A stretch of 64,000 bases of DNA, taken from positions 192,393 through 256,392 of the forward strand of contig CAZCRI010000001.1 of the NCBI GenBank assembly GCA_964501135.1, read 5' to 3'. Under the pieces are notes generated by a model. The model saw nothing but the letters and a program-made list of their open reading frames with translations, had not been told where the DNA came from and made no database searches. Shown here in pieces: positions 8,155 through 16,427 of the stretch. The DNA comes from an uncultured Candidatus Saccharibacteria bacterium. GTDB lineage: Bacteria > Patescibacteriota > CPR2 > UBA1875 > CAIMLA01. The position numbers were made by a program, and so were the translations under genes. How positions within the stretch are numbered: position 1 is the stretch's first letter; each line of letters starts with the position of its first letter.

Positions 8155-9852
8155 ATGATAACTTTAGGGGGAATTTTGGCAAAAAAAGTCGATAAATCAT
8201 GTGTCGAAACACAGAAAGAGGGTTTTTTCCACAAGTGGGGCCCGGTATTCATACTTAGTCTTGCGCTCGCAATTATTCTAATAGATGCCACACTGCTGAA
8301 TGTTTCGCTCTCCACTTTGGTAAAAGATTTAAATACTGACATTCAGAGCTTGCAGTGGGTAATCACGGCATATTCGCTGACAATTGCCGCCCTTACCATC
8401 ACCGGCGGTCGTCTCGGCGATCTCTTTGGGCGCAAGAAAATGTTTATTGCTGGCGCGGCTCTATTTGCGGTAGGCTCATTTATCGCCAGTATTGCGGGCA
8501 ATGTAAGCACTATGATCATCGGTGAATCTATTATCGAAGGTGTTGGAGCCGCACTTATGATGCCGGCTACCTCTTCGCTTTTGGTTTCCAAATACAAGGG
8601 CCGAGATCGTGGCATCGCCTTTGGTATTTGGGGTGGTGTCGCTGCCGCTTCTACGGCTATAGGGCCGTTGCTTGGCGGCTGGCTCACGACGAATTATAGC
8701 TGGAGATATGGCTTCCGGATTAATGTTGTCGTGGCTGCACTCCTTATTCTTGGTTCATATGTTATCACTGAGTGCCGCGATACCGAGGAGAAGCCTTTGC
8801 TCGACTGGACAGGAGTACTTCTTTCATCGATGGGTATGTTTGCACTAGTCTTTGGAATTATCGAATCCTCAACCTACGGTTGGTGGGGCGCAAAGAAAGC
8901 TTTTGAATTTGCAAACAAAACCTATAATTTTGCCTGGGGACTTTCTATCGTACCGTTTTCACTCCTTATTGGGGTATTACTCCTTACCCTCTTCTTAATT
9001 TGGGAGCGCAGAATTGAACGTATAGGTAAAACCCCATTGGTTTCACTTCAGATTTTCCGAAACAAACAATTTGTTTCCAGCGTGATAACAACAGCAATTC
9101 TTTCGCTCGGTCAGTCGGGGTTAATCTTCTCGATACCAGTGTTTCTGCAGGCCGTCCGGGGCGAAGATGCTTTCCATACTGGTCTTGCGATGGTCCCCAT
9201 GTCTATCACCGCTCTTATTGTGGCACCGATTGGTGGTTTCCTCGCACATAAATATTCACCAAAGTTGTTGGTTCAGCTTGGGCTAGCTTCAACTACGATT
9301 GCCTACATCGTGCTCTATTACACCTTACAGGTTAGTAGCGTAGCGGCTGATTTTATACCAGCCTTCGTAATTATGGGTCTGGGTATGGGCCTAACCATGG
9401 CAACGATCAGTAATATGGCGCTCTCGGCAGTCTCAGTAGAGCAGTCTGGGGAAGCCTCCGGGGTCAACAATACTTTTCGACAAGTTGGATCTACCCTGGG
9501 AACGGCGATTATTGGTGCCATTATGCTAACAGCGATTTCGACCAACCTATCTGCCGGAATTCAGGATAGTAAAGTCATACCTCAGAAATTAAAAGCTACT
9601 GCCGATGAAATGGTTTCGAAGCAAACTTCGGCTGTAGAGTTTGGCGGCGGCGCTAAGCTCCCTGGCTTTATACCAAAACCAATTACGGATGAAATCACCG
9701 TAATTAGCAAGAAAGCGATTACCGATGCCAACAAGGAAGCTTTGAGCTATGCGATTATCTTTGCCTTCGTCGGTCTACTCTCTTCTTTCTGGCTACCGAA
9801 GGGTAATAATGTCGAGACCGAGAAAAGCTTGGCCGCGGCAAAGGTAAGCTAA
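8155..9852 (+). CDS. MFS transporter, DHA2 (EmrB/QacA-like, 14-TM) drug:H+ antiporter family
   Basis: MFS motifs GGRLGDLFGRKK and MMPATSSLLVSKYKGRDRGIAFGIWGG. About 14 hydrophobic segments in 565 aa. Confidence 0.85.
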   Translation: MITLGGILAKKVDKSCVETQKEGFFHKWGPVFILSLALAIILIDATLLNVSLSTLVKDLNTDIQSLQWVITAYSLTIAALTITGGRLGDLFGRKKMFIAGAALFAVGSFIASIAGNVSTMIIGESIIEGVGAALMMPATSSLLVSKYKGRDRGIAFGIWGGVAAASTAIGPLLGGWLTTNYSWRYGFRINVVVAALLILGSYVITECRDTEEKPLLDWTGVLLSSMGMFALVFGIIESSTYGWWGAKKAFEFANKTYNFAWGLSIVPFSLLIGVLLLTLFLIWERRIERIGKTPLVSLQIFRNKQFVSSVITTAILSLGQSGLIFSIPVFLQAVRGEDAFHTGLAMVPMSITALIVAPIGGFLAHKYSPKLLVQLGLASTTIAYIVLYYTLQVSSVAADFIPAFVIMGLGMGLTMATISNMALSAVSVEQSGEASGVNNTFRQVGSTLGTAIIGAIMLTAISTNLSAGIQDSKVIPQKLKATADEMVSKQTSAVEFGGGAKLPGFIPKPITDEITVISKKAITDANKEALSYAIIFAFVGLLSSFWLPKGNNVETEKSLAAAKVS

Positions 9853-9858
9853 GGAGAA

Positions 9859-10083
9859 GTGATGTTTCATAAAAAACCAAAAATGTATGGCGTGTCTTCT
9901 CTCGGAGAACGAGGTCAAATCGTTATTCCGGCAAAGATGCGAGAAGAAATGGGGCTAGAGAAGGGAGACAACTTTGTCTTCGTCTCCAAAGGGAACTTTA
10001 TCGGCATGATTCGTGAGGATGATATGACTGGATTCCTCAAGGAAATGTTGGGTCAGATAGAGGACTTCAAAAAAGATAAATAG
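9859..10083 (+). CDS. AbrB/MazE/SpoVT-type DNA-binding protein
   Basis: GQIVIPAKMREEMGLEKGD matches the swapped-hairpin AbrB/SpoVT fold motif. AGGAG RBS. Confidence 0.55.
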   Translation: MMFHKKPKMYGVSSLGERGQIVIPAKMREEMGLEKGDNFVFVSKGNFIGMIREDDMTGFLKEMLGQIEDFKKDK

Positions 10084-10085
10084 CA

Positions 10086-10111
10086 AAAAGCCGGGTTTAC
10101 CCGGCTTTTTG
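10086..10111 (+). terminator. Rho-independent terminator
   Basis: GCCGGG-ttta-CCCGGC followed by TTTTT. Confidence 0.8.
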
Positions 10112-10124
10112 CTATAATGAATAT

Positions 10125-10598
10125 ATGAGACGTGACGAAAAGTGGCTTTTCCAGCAATTAGATGAAGTGTGGGACACTTATTTTTCTGATGTCCCTCAAG
10201 ATAACGACGTAAAGATTGTTTGGGGACGTCGGGCGCGGCAGCGGCTGGGCAGTATCAAGCAGGGGGAAAAGATACGAGGAAAGCACCCAGAAACTATTAT
10301 AACGATCAATTCTTTGTTTAAAGACATGACAATCCCGGAGTTTGTGGTCACGGCAACAATTGCCCATGAACTCGCTCATTATGCTCACGGTTTTCATTCG
10401 CCGTTGGAGCGGAAGTTTGATAAACCCCATGAGGGTGGCATTGTGCATAAGGAGTTGGCAGTGCGAGGGGTGGACAAGCTCGAAAAGATGCAAAAGAAAT
10501 GGCTCAAAGAGAACTGGCGAGAGTATCTGGAGAAGAACTTGCCGCGAAAGACGGCACCACGAAAACTTAAAAGAAAAGTGATTATTCGCTGGATTTGA
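10125..10598 (+). CDS. HExxH zinc metallo-hydrolase (SprT-like / DUF45-like)
   Basis: TATIAHELAHYAHGFHS contains HExxH plus a downstream His. Basic C-terminus. Confidence 0.5.
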   Translation: MRRDEKWLFQQLDEVWDTYFSDVPQDNDVKIVWGRRARQRLGSIKQGEKIRGKHPETIITINSLFKDMTIPEFVVTATIAHELAHYAHGFHSPLERKFDKPHEGGIVHKELAVRGVDKLEKMQKKWLKENWREYLEKNLPRKTAPRKLKRKVIIRWI

Positions 10599-10604
10599 GT
10601 GTTA

Positions 10605-11576
10605 CTAGAGGTGTGGTAGGGTAAAGTCTTGGTTCGAGTAGGCGATAGATTCGGCTAAAGCTTTGGCGTAGTCTGCATCGAGGTGGCTGAGCTGAGTTAA
10701 TTTACCATTAATTTGAATCGGTGGATCAACATAACGAGCTTTCTTCTGGATAGTTCGAATATCTTTAATCCTAGGATTTACCGAACCAAGCTGTTCGAGA
10801 CAGAAGGCTATTTCCTCATCGGAGCTGGATGAGATTCTCCGCAGAATCCACACCTCATCTTTATTCCAGAAATCGGATTTATGTAGGATTCCAAGCTCCA
10901 TTCCTCTGCGCAGAGCATCTCCGAGCAAGGTAAAGCGCACCTTTGAGAGGTCGGAGCCCCAGTTCGTGCGCTGTAGCTCCAGATAGATGTCGGCAAAAAG
11001 CCTGGCCGCATCTTGGTTATTGAATACGATTCCTCTGGACGTTGCTTCCATCGAATTGACGATGAATTCAAGGTCTATCTTTGTGCCGTCAGTGGCAATC
11101 TCTCGTAGAGTATAGTCGATGCGATCAGCGCAAAGGTCTGGAAGGTCGAGCTCGAGCAGGATGTGGTCAGGATTATGATCGATATCGGTAAGCTCAGAAT
11201 CATGCTTTTTTAATAGTGCTGGCAGGCTGCTTTGCTCCAGGTAACTTTTTTGGATATTGTCTTGGTAGTCTTCATTGCCCGATTTACCTTCTCCAAAGAC
11301 CCAGTCCGAGACATGGGAGAAAGCCGAGTGTGAGGCGTCGTGAATGAGACCCGCGGCTTGCTCTTCGAGACTCGCACCAAGGCGGCGAAGCAGAAGCATT
11401 ACGCCGATACTATGATCATAGCGGCTAAAGTTTTTCTTGTGATGATACTGGTCGGGGATACCGTACTGAGAAACCCTTTTAAGGCGCTCAATTTCCGATG
11501 AATTAATCAGATCGAGCAGCAGCGGCTCGGTAATTTCGAAATTTCCATATACTAAATCATCAATTATCATGCTCAT
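10605..11576 (-). CDS. HD-domain phosphohydrolase, dNTP triphosphohydrolase (dGTPase/SAMHD1)-like
   Basis: RYDHSIGV, LIHDASHSAFSH and DRIDYTLRE correspond to the H..HS.GV, HD.GH.PFSH and DR.DY..RD motifs of dGTPase-family HD enzymes. Start taken at MSMIIDD (11576) rather than the longest ORF. Confidence 0.6.
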   Translation of the reverse strand: MSMIIDDLVYGNFEITEPLLLDLINSSEIERLKRVSQYGIPDQYHHKKNFSRYDHSIGVMLLLRRLGASLEEQAAGLIHDASHSAFSHVSDWVFGEGKSGNEDYQDNIQKSYLEQSSLPALLKKHDSELTDIDHNPDHILLELDLPDLCADRIDYTLREIATDGTKIDLEFIVNSMEATSRGIVFNNQDAARLFADIYLELQRTNWGSDLSKVRFTLLGDALRRGMELGILHKSDFWNKDEVWILRRISSSSDEEIAFCLEQLGSVNPRIKDIRTIQKKARYVDPPIQINGKLTQLSHLDADYAKALAESIAYSNQDFTLPHL

Positions 11577-11634
11577 ATTATAGCAGGATAGTGGGGTAAA
11601 AGTATTATCCACAGTTTTCCACATAACAAAAGTG

Positions 11635-11663
11635 TTGTGCTTTTTAAAAATCCCGATTATAAT
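11635..11663 (+). promoter_or_regulatory. Candidate promoter, TTGTGC-17nt-TATAAT, for tsaC in the divergent intergenic region
   Basis: TTGTGC at 11635-11640, TATAAT at 11658-11663. A second TATAAT lies at 11686-11691. Confidence 0.4.
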
Positions 11664-11697
11664 CCGTCGCAAACTCAATTTCTGGTATAATGACAGT

Positions 11698-12276
11698 ATG
11701 GTTATCTATAATTCATTCAAAAATCCAAAGCTTACGGATCTTATAAAAGCTGGTGGGATTGGAGTAATCCCAACAGACACCATTTACGGCATTGTTTGTT
11801 CGGCGTTTGATGCTGAAGCGGTGGATGCCCTGTTTGCCATTAAGGGGCGCAGTAAGGGCAAACCACCAATTATTCTGATCTCGCAGCTGAGCGATATCGG
11901 CCGTTTTGGGGTGAAGCTTACTCCAGAGAATCGCGCTGTACTAGATAGGCTCTGGCCAGGACGAGTCAGTGTGGTACTTCCTTATGCCGGAAGTAAATTA
12001 GGTTACCTGTCTCGCGGTCAGGGTTCACTTACCTTTCGCCTACCTGACGATGCAAAGTTACTGGAACTAATACGAAAAACAGGACCGCTCGTGGCGCCAA
12101 GTGCGAATCCTGAGGGGTTGGATCCAGCTACGGATATCGATGAAATCATGACTTATTTTGTGGGGAAAATTGACTTTGCAGTCGACGGGGGACATATCGA
12201 GGGCAACTCTTCTACCTTAGTCCGTTTGACGGACGGTAAAACCGTAGTATTGAGACAGGGTGATGTCCAAGTCTGA
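11698..12276 (+). CDS. tsaC: L-threonylcarbamoyladenylate synthase (YrdC/Sua5 family)
   Basis: GGIGVIPTDTIYGIVCSA...KGRSKGKPPIILI...GPLVAPSAN motifs of the YrdC fold. Start taken at MVIYNSF. Confidence 0.8.
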   Translation: MVIYNSFKNPKLTDLIKAGGIGVIPTDTIYGIVCSAFDAEAVDALFAIKGRSKGKPPIILISQLSDIGRFGVKLTPENRAVLDRLWPGRVSVVLPYAGSKLGYLSRGQGSLTFRLPDDAKLLELIRKTGPLVAPSANPEGLDPATDIDEIMTYFVGKIDFAVDGGHIEGNSSTLVRLTDGKTVVLRQGDVQV

Positions 12277-12568
12277 ACTTTTTGATCAGGTCTATGAGCT
12301 CGTTTCCCAGGTTCCTTATGGTCGGGTAGTTACATATGGTGATCTAGCCAGGGCGGTAGGGGTAAACCCACGTTATATCGGTTATATTTTGCATCACAAT
12401 CCCGCCCCTGGGCGGGTTCCTTGTCATCGGGTAGTAAATGCACAGGGCAGGGTGGCAGCAAACTTTGCGTTTGGAGGAGGGCTGGCTCAACAAAAACTTC
12501 TCGAAGCGGAAGGAGTTGTTTTTAGTAATTCCAAGCTTGCTCTTAGGGAATATCAGTATCCTCTCTAG
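12260..12568 (+). CDS. Methylated-DNA-protein-cysteine methyltransferase (MGMT/Ogt) catalytic domain only, minimal 102 aa
   Basis: PYGRVVTYGDLARAVG...PCHRVV carries the PCHR active-site motif of the MGMT C-terminal domain. No N-terminal domain. Overlaps the tsaC end by 17 nt. Confidence 0.75.
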   Translation: MMSKSELFDQVYELVSQVPYGRVVTYGDLARAVGVNPRYIGYILHHNPAPGRVPCHRVVNAQGRVAANFAFGGGLAQQKLLEAEGVVFSNSKLALREYQYPL

Positions 12569-12631
12569 TGAGCACAGGGTGGCTAGAAAGAGTATAATAT
12601 AGATAGGTTGATCTAATGGAAAGGAGCACAA

Positions 12632-12787
12632 ATGAAAGTAACCAAAGGTAGGGGGATTCAGTTCTTTAAACAGCCTTTCTTTAGTAATCACAAGAAGTAT
12701 TTTGCCGAGATTTATAAGAGTGGTAGGCAGGGAATTGGGAATGTCTTTAGTTTTACAAGTAAACAAAATAAGGAGAAGAAGAAGTGA
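12632..12787 (+). CDS. Possible small Lys-rich ORF (51 aa) translationally coupled to mscL
   Basis: AGGAG RBS 7 nt upstream. The stop TGA overlaps the mscL GTG start (GTGA). No homology recognisable, so it may be a non-coding leader. Confidence 0.25.
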   Translation: MKVTKGRGIQFFKQPFFSNHKKYFAEIYKSGRQGIGNVFSFTSKQNKEKKK

Positions 12788-13086
12788 AAGGATTCGTTGC
12801 ATTTATTAGGGAGCAAGGAGTAGTAGGTCTGGCGGTTGGTTTTATCCTAGGAGGTGCGGTTTCTAAATTAGTGGCGTCATTTGTCTCCGATATTGTTGGG
12901 CCTTTTCTTTCGGTGATTCTTGGTGTCGGTGGCGGAATTGCGGGCGCCAAATTTACCCTAGCTTCGGTGGTGGTTCCGTATGGTAGTTTCCTGGCAACTC
13001 TCATTGATTTTTTGGTCGTTGCGGCAGTCGTCTATTTTGGTGTCAAACTACTTCGCTTGGATAACTTAGACAAGAAGCCAGAGTAG
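12784..13086 (+). CDS. mscL: Large-conductance mechanosensitive channel
   Basis: FIREQGVVGLAVGFILGGAVSKLVASFVSDIV matches the MscL N-terminus and TM1. A second TM and a charged C-terminal helix follow. 100 aa. Confidence 0.85.
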   Translation: MKGFVAFIREQGVVGLAVGFILGGAVSKLVASFVSDIVGPFLSVILGVGGGIAGAKFTLASVVVPYGSFLATLIDFLVVAAVVYFGVKLLRLDNLDKKPE

Positions 13087-13553
13087 TGGAAGAGCGCCAC
13101 CTTACCTTGGCCGTAATAGAGCGAGAAGGGAAGTTGCTTCTTGGCCTCAAGAAACGGGGTTATGCCGAAGGTGTTTGGAATGGTTATGGTGGCAAGGTGG
13201 AGAAGGGTGAGAGTGTCGAAGATGCAATGGCACGGGAGCTACTGGAAGAATCTTCACTCCAAGCATTACGGATGGAAAAGGTTGGCCATCTTGAGTTTAC
13301 CTCAAACATTGAGGATGAAATTTCTATTTGTCACCTATTTTTAATTCATGAGTACCTAGGTGAGCCGGTGGAAACCGAGGAGATGCGACCGCAGTGGTTT
13401 AGTGTTGACTCGCTACCTTATGATCAAATGTGGCCGGACGATCCGTATTGGATACCACTGGTACTTTCCGGAAAAAAAGTCCGAGGCAGTTTTGTGCTGC
13501 GAGATAACAAGACCGTCGAGAAGCATTCCCTTACCGAGGTGGACTCGTTCTAG
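13086..13553 (+). CDS. NUDIX hydrolase (MutT-like)
   Basis: Nudix box GGKVEKGESVEDAMARELLEESSL. Confidence 0.7.
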   Translation: MEERHLTLAVIEREGKLLLGLKKRGYAEGVWNGYGGKVEKGESVEDAMARELLEESSLQALRMEKVGHLEFTSNIEDEISICHLFLIHEYLGEPVETEEMRPQWFSVDSLPYDQMWPDDPYWIPLVLSGKKVRGSFVLRDNKTVEKHSLTEVDSF

Positions 13554-13559
13554 GGCTTT

Positions 13560-13568
13560 TGATATAAT
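13560..13568 (+). promoter_or_regulatory. Extended -10 element (TGaTATAAT) upstream of the ferric-reductase-like gene
   Basis: ttTGaTATAAT at 13558-13568. No clear -35. Confidence 0.3.
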
Positions 13569-13591
13569 TGGCGGACTACTTGGAGGGATTC

Positions 13592-14248
13592 ATGGAATTT
13601 TTAAAGAAATATCGTTTTGATTTGCTTGTCCTAGGGGTCGTCATATTGATTCCTATTTTTACTTGGGCCACTATGAGGCCGCTGACCAGTCGTTTCGATT
13701 CAGTTATGATGATTCTTACTAGCATTGGGCAGCTGACAGCGCTACTAGGGACGGTGCTAGTGGCAATTTCGATGATTTTTCAGATCAAGCTTTGCCGATA
13801 TTTTAGGTTTTTGTCAAAACCGACTACGGGACTCAATATCCATCACTACACCGGCTTTTGGGGTTTATTACTTTTGATGGTTCATCCGCTGGTTTTGGCG
13901 GCGAGAATGTTGCCAACATCCCTACAATCTGCCTTTAGTTTTCTCTACACAACCCAGCTGACAAACCTGATTGGGTTAGTTGCTATGATTGTCATGATTC
14001 TCTCTATGTATACCGCTCTATTTTTGGAGCGAAGTTTCCGTTTTTGGAAACTATTGCACCAAATAATGCTCGTGGCTTACTTGGGTATCCTTTATCACAC
14101 GATATTCGTATATAGCGACACTAGCAATAGCGCCTTCCTAAAGGGGTATCTCTTGGGCTTGTTACTTTTGGGCGGTATTATGTTTTCGATTCAAAAAATA
14201 CAAGGCTATCTATGGCCAAAGGCAACTAGAAATGAAGATTCTTGCTAG
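13592..14248 (+). CDS. Ferric-reductase-like transmembrane heme-binding domain protein (MsrQ/YedZ-like, 6 TM, no flavin domain)
   Basis: HHYTGFWGLLLLMVHP (His-x13-His) and HQIMLVAYLGILYH (His-x12-His) in two TM helices, the bis-heme ligand spacing of the ferric reductase / NOX / MsrQ family. GGAGGG RBS before the ATG at 13592. The longer ORF starts at TTG 13568. Confidence 0.6.
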   Translation: MEFLKKYRFDLLVLGVVILIPIFTWATMRPLTSRFDSVMMILTSIGQLTALLGTVLVAISMIFQIKLCRYFRFLSKPTTGLNIHHYTGFWGLLLLMVHPLVLAARMLPTSLQSAFSFLYTTQLTNLIGLVAMIVMILSMYTALFLERSFRFWKLLHQIMLVAYLGILYHTIFVYSDTSNSAFLKGYLLGLLLLGGIMFSIQKIQGYLWPKATRNEDSC

Positions 14249-14540
14249 TTTTACAATTTTTGTTTTTGCGGTTTTGATTGGCAGTACGCTTCTGGCTAGT
14301 GGAATCTTGGAACGCTTTGGGAATGTCCGTAAACTTACCGAAGTAACTAGGATTCACGAGGAGAAAGAGGCTGCAGTTCGAAAAGAGGCGGCAACTACTA
14401 GTCAAAGCACCGGTACAAATGCCGGCTCACAAGCCGTCTCTGGAAATACAACGGCGCCGGTGGTCCAGTCCACAAAAAGCACGGTAGTAAACAATGACAC
14501 CGAGGAAGATGAAGATAACGAAGAGGAGAATGATGACTAA
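14232..14540 (+). CDS. Hypothetical membrane-anchored protein with S/T-rich linker and acidic tail
   Basis: N-terminal hydrophobic segment ILASFTIFVFAVLIGSTLLASG, then low-complexity S/T/Q, then an EEDEDNEEENDD tail. Overlaps neighbouring genes at both ends. Confidence 0.4.
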   Translation: MKILASFTIFVFAVLIGSTLLASGILERFGNVRKLTEVTRIHEEKEAAVRKEAATTSQSTGTNAGSQAVSGNTTAPVVQSTKSTVVNNDTEEDEDNEEENDD

Positions 14541-15033
14541 AAAATGGACCAAAATAGTATTTGTGATTAGCCTCTATCTTTTTTGTGTAGCTTTTGCCGG
14601 AGTTGGTGTTGCCTACCTTTTCGATAAGAGCATCACGCAGAAAACCGTAAAGACGGTGACAAAAAAAGTGACCGAGGAAGTTCCGGCAGCGGCAACAAAC
14701 TCTACGGCGACGGATACAAGCACAGCGTCATCTGGTAACACGACGTCTTCGTCTTCGGCAAACACTGGTTCAAATACAGCCACTTCTACAAATCAAACAC
14801 CGACAACTACTACTCTAACCGCTGCTTTGGTTGCTCAGCATAACACCTCGGGAAATTGTTGGATTATTTTATCTGGCTATGTCTACAATATTTCTTCTTA
14901 CTCTCATTCAGGCGGGGCCAGTCATATCGGTTGTGGTACTGATCAGACAGCAGCGATACATGCCAAGCATGGTAGTCAGTATGATTCATATTTTAGTTCC
15001 TTTGGGGTAGGAGCACTCGGGTCTCAAATTTAA
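14530..15033 (+). CDS. Membrane-anchored cytochrome b5-like heme-binding domain protein 1
   Basis: TM anchor IVFVISLYLFCVAFAGVGVAYL, an S/T-rich linker, then LVAQHNTSGNCWIILSGYVYNISSYSHSGG, which resembles the b5 core (HN..+.CW..i.G.VYDVT.+..HPGG). Confidence 0.5.
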   Translation: MMTKKWTKIVFVISLYLFCVAFAGVGVAYLFDKSITQKTVKTVTKKVTEEVPAAATNSTATDTSTASSGNTTSSSSANTGSNTATSTNQTPTTTTLTAALVAQHNTSGNCWIILSGYVYNISSYSHSGGASHIGCGTDQTAAIHAKHGSQYDSYFSSFGVGALGSQI

Positions 15034-15092
15034 ATTTTCTCAGCGCAATCTCAGCTTATTCTTTGAAAATAGGCTTTATAAAGGAGAGAATC

Positions 15093-15491
15093 ATGTCAAA
15101 CACTTTAAAAGCCTTATTTATCGCTGTGGTTACAGTCGTAATAATCGTTTTGGTTGGTTTTGGGATTTATCAGTCGGGGAAGAGTACCGGGACAAGCGGT
15201 GCCAGTACTTCTCAAGCCACCTCGACAAATACACAGTCGACGGCGAGTACAGCTAGTACTACCCAGAGCATACAGACGGTTACAGCGGCGCAGCTAGCAA
15301 CGCATAGTAGCTCGGGTTCTGATTGTTGGGTGGCCATTAACGGCGGCGTTTATGATGTCACGAATTATAGCCATCCTAAGCTAGATCCCTTTACTTGCGG
15401 AGCAGATAATACCAGTGGTTGGGATAGTGTTAGCAGGCACTCGACATCCTTGCTAGACTTGGTAGAATATATGGGTAAGCTAGTAAACTAA
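15093..15491 (+). CDS. Membrane-anchored cytochrome b5-like heme-binding domain protein 2
   Basis: AGGAG RBS. TM anchor ALFIAVVTVVIIVLVGFGIY, an S/T-rich linker, then LATHSSSGSDCWVAINGGVYDVTNYSHP, a b5-like core. Confidence 0.5.
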   Translation: MSNTLKALFIAVVTVVIIVLVGFGIYQSGKSTGTSGASTSQATSTNTQSTASTASTTQSIQTVTAAQLATHSSSGSDCWVAINGGVYDVTNYSHPKLDPFTCGADNTSGWDSVSRHSTSLLDLVEYMGKLVN

Positions 15492-15500
15492 GGAGCAAAA

Positions 15501-15776
15501 ATGAGCGAACATGGAAACTTTACTGCCGATGAGGCACAGAGAATTGGCGAAGTCCTAGGTATCGATTGGAGTAAGTGGGACGTGGAGCAGTTTCGGATGG
15601 GGATGGATGTAGAGCTCGAGCACGGCAGTGTGGATCCACACACCAATGTTACCGATAATGATCCGTTGCTCACTGGCAAGATTGCCCTTGCTCACCTAAA
15701 TGAGATTCCTGATTATTACACTCGCCTGGCCGCGATGGAAGAGGAAGGCGAAGCCTACTGGGACGCCCAAAAATAG
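15501..15776 (+). CDS. Conserved hypothetical protein, DUF5661-like
   Basis: FRMGMDVELEHG...KIALAHLNEIPDYYTRL resembles the DUF5661 family pattern as recalled from memory, not database-verified. Confidence 0.4.
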   Translation: MSEHGNFTADEAQRIGEVLGIDWSKWDVEQFRMGMDVELEHGSVDPHTNVTDNDPLLTGKIALAHLNEIPDYYTRLAAMEEEGEAYWDAQK

Positions 15777-15790
15777 TCTAATTATTTCTT

Positions 15791-15830
15791 AAAACCATTC
15801 TAATATTCTTAAGAATATTAGAATGGTTTT
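15791..15830. terminator. Perfect 40-bp palindrome (20-nt arms), a probable bidirectional terminator or operator
   Basis: AAAACCATTCTAATATTCTT|AAGAATATTAGAATGGTTTT, flanked by T-runs. Confidence 0.55.
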
Positions 15831-15889
15831 ATATTAGAAATACTTCGCCCGTAAGTGGTAAAATAATCCTAATGAAGAACGGAGGAACT

Positions 15890-16402
15890 ATGAAAGCGTT
15901 CATGCCAGAACTAGTAAAACTACTTGACCGAAATATGGTCACTGTTACCTCGTATGGTGACCCGAATATGGTAATGGAGCCGTATATGAAAGCTCTCTAT
16001 GGTGGCGTTTACTCAGCGAAAATGGGAGTCTATAAACCACTGGGAATTAAGATGGAGCTTGGAAAACTTACGGCTATGTGGCCTGATGCCCACCTGAAGC
16101 CAAAGAGTGAGTAGACGGGAATCTGGGCGGTACCGGTGCCTGACTATGTGAAGCAAGGGGATATTACCCAAAAGGACCCAGAGAAACCTGTAAAAGTTGA
16201 GGTCTGGCCTGGTGGCACTTATGCTCAGATATTACACCTTGGTGGTTATGTCGAAGAAGCTCCCACGATTGCAACCCTTCATAAATTTATCGAGGAACAG
16301 GGCATAGAAATGAAGGATGTCATCGGTTTACACGAAGAAGAGTATCTGACTAAGCCAGATGCCAAGGTGGTAAAAACCATTATTCGATATCGGATAAAAT
16401 GA
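15890..16402 (+). pseudogene. GyrI-like (AraC effector-binding / SbmC-like) small-molecule-binding domain gene interrupted by an in-frame TAG at 16112-16114
   Basis: ORFs 15872-16114 and 16136-16402 are in the same frame, separated only by TAG plus 21 nt. The second half, GGTYAQILHLGGYVEE...TLHKFIEEQGIEMKDVIGLHEEEYLT, matches the GyrI-like fold, and the domain needs both halves. GGAGG RBS before the ATG at 15890. Confidence 0.45.
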
Positions 16403-16427
16403 TATAATTACCCCACAAGGAGGATCA

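Noticed and set aside
8343-8687. Minus-strand 114-aa ORF inside the MFS transporter gene
   Set aside because: Antisense to a clear 14-TM MFS gene. Its Ala/Pro-rich translation reflects the GC-rich complement of hydrophobic codons.
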